This document shows, one piece after another, positions 58,281 to 64,000 of a stretch of DNA of 64,000 nucleotides; position 1 is the stretch's first letter; each line of letters begins with the position of its first letter. Origin of the DNA: Nitrospirota bacterium. GTDB lineage: Bacteria; Nitrospirota; UBA9217. Below the pieces are notes generated by a model, which searched no databases, was not told where the DNA came from, and saw only the letters and a program-made list of their open reading frames with translations. Where the stretch lies: NCBI GenBank assembly GCA_963790205.1, contig CAWBNQ010000003.1, forward strand, positions 256,001-320,000, given 5' to 3'. The position numbers and the translations under genes were made by a program.

Positions 58281-59978
58281 TCAATTCTTTAATAGATTCC
58301 GCAATACCTTGCATCCGACTTCATTTCCCAAAGCGCACCCTTTCTGCAGGTCCGGCAGGGCAAGCGCATTCTTGCCGGTTTTCAGATAGAGATAGGCGCG
58401 ATTGATGTATGCTTCCGAATTGTTTTTATTTAATTCGGTTGCTTTGTTAAAGTCCTCGAATGCCTTGTCATCACGGTTCTGCAGAAAATAAGCCACCCCC
58501 CTGTTATTATAGGCCATATCAAACCCCGGGCTGATGGAAATTGCACTACTGAAATCGTCTATGGCCGGGCCTAATTGATTTTTTTCGCCGTAGGCAAGCC
58601 CTCGATTATAAAATGCAAGAGGGACCTCCTGACGCCCCGTTTCAATAAGGTAACTCCATAACGAGATCGAATTTTTCCAAAGCCGTATCTGACTGACGGA
58701 GGCATACGACAAAAAAAGAACGATGAGGCAGCACGCAACGATAAAAAAGGATCTCATCACGACTCCCCCTCGCCTCGGGTCAAACGCTTTTCTGAAAAAA
58801 AACGTCAGTCCGATGCCGGCAATCAACAAATAGCCCAAAGTCGGCAAATAAGTATACCGGTCCGCCATTGACTGCCCTCCGACTTGTATAATGCCCAGGA
58901 CGGGAAGCAAGGTCACGACATAATACATCCATACTGCGAGCCATAGTTTCTGCACCTTTGCGACGGCCAGACAAGCGACGGTAACTCCGGCAACGAGCGC
59001 AACGAAAAAAATATATTGTAAGGATAAAAGAGAAACATCCCTGGGATAGGGATAAAAGGGAAGCAAGTCAACAGGTACAAGGACTTTGAAGAAATAAACG
59101 ATAAGAGCTTTGGCGCCCACAACCGCCCGCACTGCCAGGGTCGTATGTTCGAGAGGAACAATCGCATGGCCTGAACGTTGAGCAAGGACCGTTATCACGG
59201 AAGAAAGCAGGCTCAGGAGAAAAAAGGGGATCTTCTCCGTGAAAACAACTTTGAATGCCCGGGCCGAGGGGACCCTTCCGGCCGGGTGCCAATCCAGGAT
59301 TAAAAGAACCGCGGGAAGGGTGACCGCCATCGGTTTGCTTAATAAGGCAAGGACAAAAAATCCAAAGGCAAGAAGATACTGCTTATCGAAGAACCCGTAT
59401 GCCGGCTTCCTCCGGCCCGGTCCATTCCCGGCGGCCCTGTATTTCATATACGACAGGATGCTGAGCAGAAAAAAAAGGGCGCACAGCAGGTCTTTCCTCT
59501 CAGAAACCCATGCCACCGATTCGACATGGAGGGGATGGATCCCGAAAAGCAGGCCTGTTGTCGCCCCGGTCATTAATTTTGTTCTTTCATTCCAAAAAGG
59601 GTCCGGAGTTCCCTGCCGTCCTGTTGATTCTTCAAAAACCTCCACCAGCTTCACCACAAGAAGAACGACCACGAACGTGTTGATTGCATGAATGATATTA
59701 TTGGTCAGGTGGTGCCCGAAAGGATCAAGCCCCCATATCGCATAGTCGATTGCATGAGAGAGCCACGTAAGCGGATGCCAGTTGGCGGCATGAAAATCGA
59801 AAAATGCCCATCGGAACAGCTGCAGGTTGAATGTCCGAACAGGGAGGTTCTCATAAACATAGTCGTTGTCATCCCAGTTAATGAATCCGTTTCGGAGGGC
59901 GGGCACATAGACCAGGAAAGCAAATAGCGCGATCGAGCCCGCTACAAGGTATTTCTTATTAGTTGGCAGGTTATTCAT
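58281..59978 (-). CDS. TMTC-like GT-C glycosyltransferase with C-terminal TPRs
   Basis: NGFINWDDNDYVYEN, WHPLTWLS, HPLHVESVAWVSERKD, LLSKPMA, MADRYTYLP; many TMs; 3 TPRs. Confidence 0.85.
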   Translation of the reverse strand: MNNLPTNKKYLVAGSIALFAFLVYVPALRNGFINWDDNDYVYENLPVRTFNLQLFRWAFFDFHAANWHPLTWLSHAIDYAIWGLDPFGHHLTNNIIHAINTFVVVLLVVKLVEVFEESTGRQGTPDPFWNERTKLMTGATTGLLFGIHPLHVESVAWVSERKDLLCALFFLLSILSYMKYRAAGNGPGRRKPAYGFFDKQYLLAFGFFVLALLSKPMAVTLPAVLLILDWHPAGRVPSARAFKVVFTEKIPFFLLSLLSSVITVLAQRSGHAIVPLEHTTLAVRAVVGAKALIVYFFKVLVPVDLLPFYPYPRDVSLLSLQYIFFVALVAGVTVACLAVAKVQKLWLAVWMYYVVTLLPVLGIIQVGGQSMADRYTYLPTLGYLLIAGIGLTFFFRKAFDPRRGGVVMRSFFIVACCLIVLFLSYASVSQIRLWKNSISLWSYLIETGRQEVPLAFYNRGLAYGEKNQLGPAIDDFSSAISISPGFDMAYNNRGVAYFLQNRDDKAFEDFNKATELNKNNSEAYINRAYLYLKTGKNALALPDLQKGCALGNEVGCKVLRNLLKN

Positions 59979-60270
59979 TTATCGGCGAGGATGGACGAGC
60001 GAAATGATCATGACTCCGGCGCTCCCGGGCAGCAGGGGACGGAAGGTTGTGCGCGCGTTTGTGAGGCGAGGGCGCGCTTCTACCCGGCAATGAGCTTGTT
60101 GCTGCCTCCACCCCCGCGGGGTCGGATATCAGTCTCAAGTGATCCCCAATCGGGTTTTTTCCTTCAAGTCTGTGAAACCGTTGGTCTTTCAGGAGCGAAC
60201 GAGGAAAAGCCCGCGCGAACAAAGCCGCTGACGTTGAAACGGGATTATGGTCATGTGCCGCGCCCGGGGG

Positions 60271-60561
60271 TCACACAAACTTCATCTGGACCCGGAATTT
60301 ATTCGACGATTCGACGATCCACATCACAACGCCCACTTTAGACGCGTTCCCATGGCCGAGCCGGACCCTGTCCCCGGGTTGCAACGGAACATGGGTCAGC
60401 ATACCGGTCCCGCCGCTGTCCAGGTCGATCAGGGTGCCGGTATTCCTCGGTCCCCTGAGGTGCTCATCGCCGAAGTCGGCATATTTATCGACGACAATGA
60501 ACTCGACTTCATCGGCATGCTGTTCGTTCAAAGGCGAGTTTTCCGTGTCCGCGAACGTCAT
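60271..60561 (-). CDS. Small degenerate PilZ-like protein
   Basis: IDLDSGGTGM..LQPGDRV..GVVMW..RVQMKF; lacks RxxxR; overlaps the upstream cytochrome stop by 4 nt. Confidence 0.55.
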   Translation of the reverse strand: MTFADTENSPLNEQHADEVEFIVVDKYADFGDEHLRGPRNTGTLIDLDSGGTGMLTHVPLQPGDRVRLGHGNASKVGVVMWIVESSNKFRVQMKFV

Positions 60562-61883
60562 TTCTTCTTTGCCTTGCCTTTTTCCGGCGCTGCTTCCTTG
60601 CCCGGTGTTTTTCTGTCATAGGAGACTTTCTGATGACATCCCGGAGCGCAACTGCCGCCTGTGTCGGTCTTGACGAAATTCAAGGGCAAATTCCATTTGC
60701 CGAAGGGGACGCTGTTTGCGATCAGCTTGGGGTTCTCGCTGGCATGCACCATATGGCAGACCTTGCAGCGTTTGCCGCGGTCCTTCCGGTTGACATGAAG
60801 ATAATGCAGGTTCCGGTCGCCGTCCCGGAACCCCGTCGCGTAGGACGTGGTGGGAAATCTGAGCATGTCGCGGTTATGGCAGCTGAAGCAAAGCTGGAAT
60901 GAATTGTCATTGTAGGACACATAGAAGTCGGTCGAGTAGGGTTTGATCAGGTTCTTGTCGTACGGCGTCCCGTGCGGGTCGTGGCAGGCCGTGCACGACC
61001 CGTCCCTGATGGGGCCGTGGAGCACGGTCTGGTTCTTTTTGATGAGGTCCTTGTGGCAGTCGAGGCAAAGGTCCTTGCCGGCCTTCGGCAGGAGCTTCGG
61101 CGCGTCACTCGCATGGGGGTTGTGGCAGGTCGCACAGCCCCGCTCCGACTGCACCGGCGCGTGGACGCGCTTCGCAGTCTTGATCTTGTCCTGGATGTCC
61201 GGATGGCATTGAAAGCAGAGCCCGGCGCCTTCCGCGGCAAAAAACTTTTTAAAGGGGGAGCCGTGCGGGTTGTGACACGAGGTGCACCCCATTTCAAGCG
61301 CCGGGTGCACGTATTTCTTCTTGATGGCGGCCTCCATATCGCCGTGACACATAAAGCAAAGGTCAGGGGTGGGCTTGACCAGCAGGCGCTCGTTGTTCGA
61401 TTCGTGCGGGCTGTGGCAGAAGGTGCAGTCGCCCGTGGCCGCGGGTCCGTGGGCATACTTGAAGCCGATCTTGTCGGGATGGCACGAGGTGCAGAGGTCT
61501 TTCAGGGGCTGCACGAGGAGCTTCGGCTGTGCCGAGTCGTGGGGATTATGGCAGGTCGTGCACATCCCGTCTTTTACGGGCGGATGTATGTCTTTCATGG
61601 CGCCGAACTGCGTGTGACACTGATAACACAATCCGGGGACCTCCTGGGTGAGCTTGAAGGTCTTTGTCTTTTTCTGGGGGTGTGGCGTGGCGATCGACTG
61701 GTGGCACGTATCGCAGGGGTCCGTCGCCGGGTGGATATATTTGGTTTTCAACAGGTCCTGATGGCATTTTGCGGTCACGCAGCCCTGTTCAGCGGGCGCG
61801 GCAGGTGCGACGACCCCGTATGCAAAGAGAAGGGTCAGGGAAAAAAGGACCAAGAGGATCGGCAGAACAGCTATTTTTTTCAT
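60558..61883 (-). CDS. Periplasmic multiheme cytochrome c, 13 CxxCH plus CX4CH and CX3CH (up to 15 hemes)
   Basis: Signal peptide; tandem HxP..CxxCHxPH.S...LL....LCxxCH paired repeats; CVTAKCH and CAPGCH at the ends. Confidence 0.92.
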   Translation of the reverse strand: MKKIAVLPILLVLFSLTLLFAYGVVAPAAPAEQGCVTAKCHQDLLKTKYIHPATDPCDTCHQSIATPHPQKKTKTFKLTQEVPGLCYQCHTQFGAMKDIHPPVKDGMCTTCHNPHDSAQPKLLVQPLKDLCTSCHPDKIGFKYAHGPAATGDCTFCHSPHESNNERLLVKPTPDLCFMCHGDMEAAIKKKYVHPALEMGCTSCHNPHGSPFKKFFAAEGAGLCFQCHPDIQDKIKTAKRVHAPVQSERGCATCHNPHASDAPKLLPKAGKDLCLDCHKDLIKKNQTVLHGPIRDGSCTACHDPHGTPYDKNLIKPYSTDFYVSYNDNSFQLCFSCHNRDMLRFPTTSYATGFRDGDRNLHYLHVNRKDRGKRCKVCHMVHASENPKLIANSVPFGKWNLPLNFVKTDTGGSCAPGCHQKVSYDRKTPGKEAAPEKGKAKKK

Positions 61884-62357
61884 AGGCCACGATTTTATCA
61901 CTTTACGCCTCCATAACAACTAGCAAAAATTAGACCATAAGTCTGACGGGTTGAGGATTTACGCCTTTAAACGGGGGAAAACCGTCATGAAGCTCAAAAA
62001 TGTCGCCAGCCGTGGTTTTCAACCCGCCGAAGCTAATAATATTCCGTCTTTCCAGTCAGTTGACCGCTTCCTTCGTTCGTTGAGACGCCAATCATGTTTA
62101 TTTACCCAAAACAGCGGTCCGACTCGTTTCAAACGAAAAATACGGGAGGAGCAAATTCAAACCCGAGTCGGGTAAAAAATAAGCAGGCATCAGGTGATAT
62201 GACGCCACAGCAGAGTTATATCACTCCGGGGAGATAATTTCCATTCTTGATCCAGCTCTAACCTTATCGAGACATGGTCTTTGGAGCGGAAAGACGGACG
62301 CGTGCTCTCTCTCCCGAGTCGCACGCATTGGCTGGCACTCGTGATTTCCGTAATTTG

Positions 62358-63011
62358 TTATTCCGCGGGTGCCGGCGGTGGCGGCGGGGGGGGTGGCTTA
62401 TTGGGCGCCCATGTCCCCCATGGTGTTATTCTAGACTGGTCGGATGTCGCTCCAGACTGGCCGGATATCGCTCCAGACTGGCCGGGTGTCGCTCCAGACT
62501 GGCCGGCTGTCGCTCCTGGCTGACCGGGTATCGCTCCAGGCTGGCCAAGCGCTAGTTTATACACAAACTGCCATTCGCTGTACTTGGTCTTTCCTTCAAA
62601 ATCCTGGTCCTGCTCGGGAAAGTTTGCCTGCTTGAGCGGCTCTTTCTCGCTGGGGCTATATACGCCGATGATACGGTTCGTGGCGGGGTCGCGCATCTCC
62701 GTGAAGTCTTTTCCGCTGATCGGGTCTTTGTATTTCTGCCGCAGGTAGTGTGCCGAGGCGGTCTTTGGGTCCTTGACCAGATCGTCGATGCTTTGCGGGA
62801 AACCGGAATTGGCCTTCACGTATCGCGCGATAGCCGTACGGTATTGGTCGCCGCGGAAGAGTAACTCCTTCTCCTTTTCCCGGAGCGAGATATTCGACCA
62901 GTACCTGGTCGCGGCGCCCAGTGATATCCCGATGATGATGATCACGACGAGAAGGGCGAGGTAGGCGAAACCCCGGCTGCCCCAAAAGGGCTTGTACGCG
63001 AAAAGAGGCAT
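62358..63011 (-). CDS. Orphan type II secretion pseudopilin with repeat and poly-Pro tail
   Basis: RG|FAYLALLVVIII, REKEKELLFRG, YLRQKYKDP, YSEWQF. Confidence 0.8.
   Translation of the reverse strand: MPLFAYKPFWGSRGFAYLALLVVIIIIGISLGAATRYWSNISLREKEKELLFRGDQYRTAIARYVKANSGFPQSIDDLVKDPKTASAHYLRQKYKDPISGKDFTEMRDPATNRIIGVYSPSEKEPLKQANFPEQDQDFEGKTKYSEWQFVYKLALGQPGAIPGQPGATAGQSGATPGQSGAISGQSGATSDQSRITPWGTWAPNKPPPPPPPPAPAE
62432..62546 (-). repeat. 21-bp tandem repeat (about 5.5 units) encoding GQ(P/S)GA(I/T)x
   Basis: GQPGAIP GQPGATA GQSGATP GQSGAIS GQSGATS DQS. Confidence 0.85.
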
Positions 63012-63016
63012 GAGGG

Positions 63017-63046
63017 ATAATAACAGATTTCCGGCGGCGAAGTCAA
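63017..63046 (-). promoter_or_regulatory. Sigma70-type extended -10 promoter, probably leaderless, for the orphan pseudopilin
   Basis: Minus strand TTGACT-N18-TATTAT with TG extension, 5 nt before ATG 63011. Confidence 0.6.
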
Positions 63047-63285
63047 TAAGAGGAAAAGGGCAAAAAAGACGTACGGCAAAAAATGTCCGAATGGGCATAA
63101 ACATTAGCATAGACAAACGCATGCTGATACGGTATTATGTAACCTTCGTACTGTAACAAGGGAAACGAAGCATCCATCAGGGGTCAAGGCAATTTTGCTT
63201 TGGCGCGCGCATGACGCCAGGGTCGCCGTACACATTCTGCCCCCTGCAAACGTATCCATCCTATCTTCTCTTCAGATAGGCCCGC

Positions 63286-63324
63286 GGGCCATCAGGGGAC
63301 ACTTTCTGATGGCCTTTTTGTTTA
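63286..63324 (+). terminator. Terminator-like hairpin in the helicase leader
   Basis: GGCCATCAG-gggacacttt-CTGATGGCC-TTTTTGTTT. Confidence 0.6.
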
Positions 63325-63389
63325 TGCGGCGGCCGCCCCGGCGACAGGGGTGAGCGCCTTATTGAATGTCGCCCAGAAAGAAGGTTTCA

Positions 63390-64000
63390 GTGAATTTCAG
63401 TTCGTTCAAGCTCCACCCGCAGATCGCGGCCGGCGTCAAGGCGCTCGGCTACCTTACCCCAACCCCCATCCAGCTTCAGGCGATCCCGCCGGTCATGCAG
63501 GGTCTTGACGTCATGGGTCTGGCCCAGACCGGGACCGGAAAGACCGCGGCCTTTGTGCTGCCCATCCTCGAACGCCTGCTCATGGGCCCGCGCGGCAAGG
63601 TCCGCGCCCTGATCATCGCGCCGACGCGAGAGCTGGCAGAGCAGATCCACGTATCCATCGTTGCGCTTGGCCGGGACACGAAACTGCGGAGCGTCACGGT
63701 CTACGGCGGCGTGAGCGTGAACCCGCAGATCCAGAAATTGCGCGACGGCGTCGAGATCGTCGTGGCTTGCCCCGGCCGCCTCCTCGACCATATCAACCAA
63801 CGTACGATCGATCTCTCGCACCTGGAAGTCCTCGTGCTGGACGAGGCGGACCGGATGTTCGACATGGGGTTTTTACCCGATATCCGCCGGATCATCAGAC
63901 ATGTGCCCGCGAAGCGCCAGACGCTCATGTTCTCGGCAACCATGGCCGATGATATCCGCAAGCTTGCGCACGAGGTCCTGCATACGCCGGTCACGATACA
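63390..64000 (+). CDS. rhlE: DEAD-box RNA helicase (RhlE-like), 3'-truncated; absent from the supplied ORF track
   Basis: Manual translation from GTG 63390: GYLTPTPIQ Q-motif, AQTGTGKT, PTRELA, PGRLLD, LDEADRM, FSAT. Confidence 0.9.
   Translation, partial: MNFSSFKLHPQIAAGVKALGYLTPTPIQLQAIPPVMQGLDVMGLAQTGTGKTAAFVLPILERLLMGPRGKVRALIIAPTRELAEQIHVSIVALGRDTKLRSVTVYGGVSVNPQIQKLRDGVEIVVACPGRLLDHINQRTIDLSHLEVLVLDEADRMFDMGFLPDIRRIIRHVPAKRQTLMFSATMADDIRKLAHEVLHTPVTI

Noticed and set aside
61994..62010. Sigma54 promoter for the 13-15-heme cytochrome (minus strand TGGCGACATTTTTGAG)
   Set aside because: The -12 element reads GA rather than GC; too weak to report
62432..62546. CRISPR array
   Set aside because: Contiguous in-frame 21-bp coding repeats with no unique spacers and no cas genes

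Overview
64 kb of a GC-rich bacterial genome. Gene content resembles anaerobic Geobacter-like or Nitrospirota-like organisms, but taxonomy cannot be fixed from this window. Bases 1-11 kb are a surface-polysaccharide/glycosylation cluster (GT4/GT2 transferases, flippase, deacetylase, methyltransferase, GalE, radical SAM) with a decayed edge. Bases 13.5-63 kb look like one large extracellular electron transfer (EET) island with these parts: (i) a Geobacter Pul/Oxp-type type II secretion system (T2SS); (ii) a sigma54 activator; (iii) a 1265-aa secreted Ig-repeat protein cut off from its sigma54 promoter by an IS91-plus-tyrosine-recombinase element; (iv) a minus-strand operon led by an OmcE-like tetraheme cytochrome (nanowire candidate), followed by two NHL lipoproteins, a pentaheme lipoprotein, a large beta-barrel, a SurA-like chaperone and an 11-12-heme cytochrome whose N-terminus is itself OmcE-like; (v) three paralogous secreted octaheme cytochromes (822-1073 aa) with variable Cys-rich N-termini and near-identical PKD/CarboxypepD_reg-like C-termini, each in a repeated promoter-cytochrome-terminator-SurA module; (vi) a two-component system, a TMTC-like glycosyltransferase, a 13-15-heme periplasmic cytochrome and an orphan pseudopilin. 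Seven cytochrome genes carry 57 canonical CxxCH motifs by manual count. Five consensus sigma54 promoters precede the secreted cargo genes, while three near-identical, apparently leaderless sigma70 promoters precede the T2SS units. The window ends inside a DEAD-box helicase. All family assignments come from motif recognition by eye, not database searches. Several single-base frameshifts may be sequencing errors.
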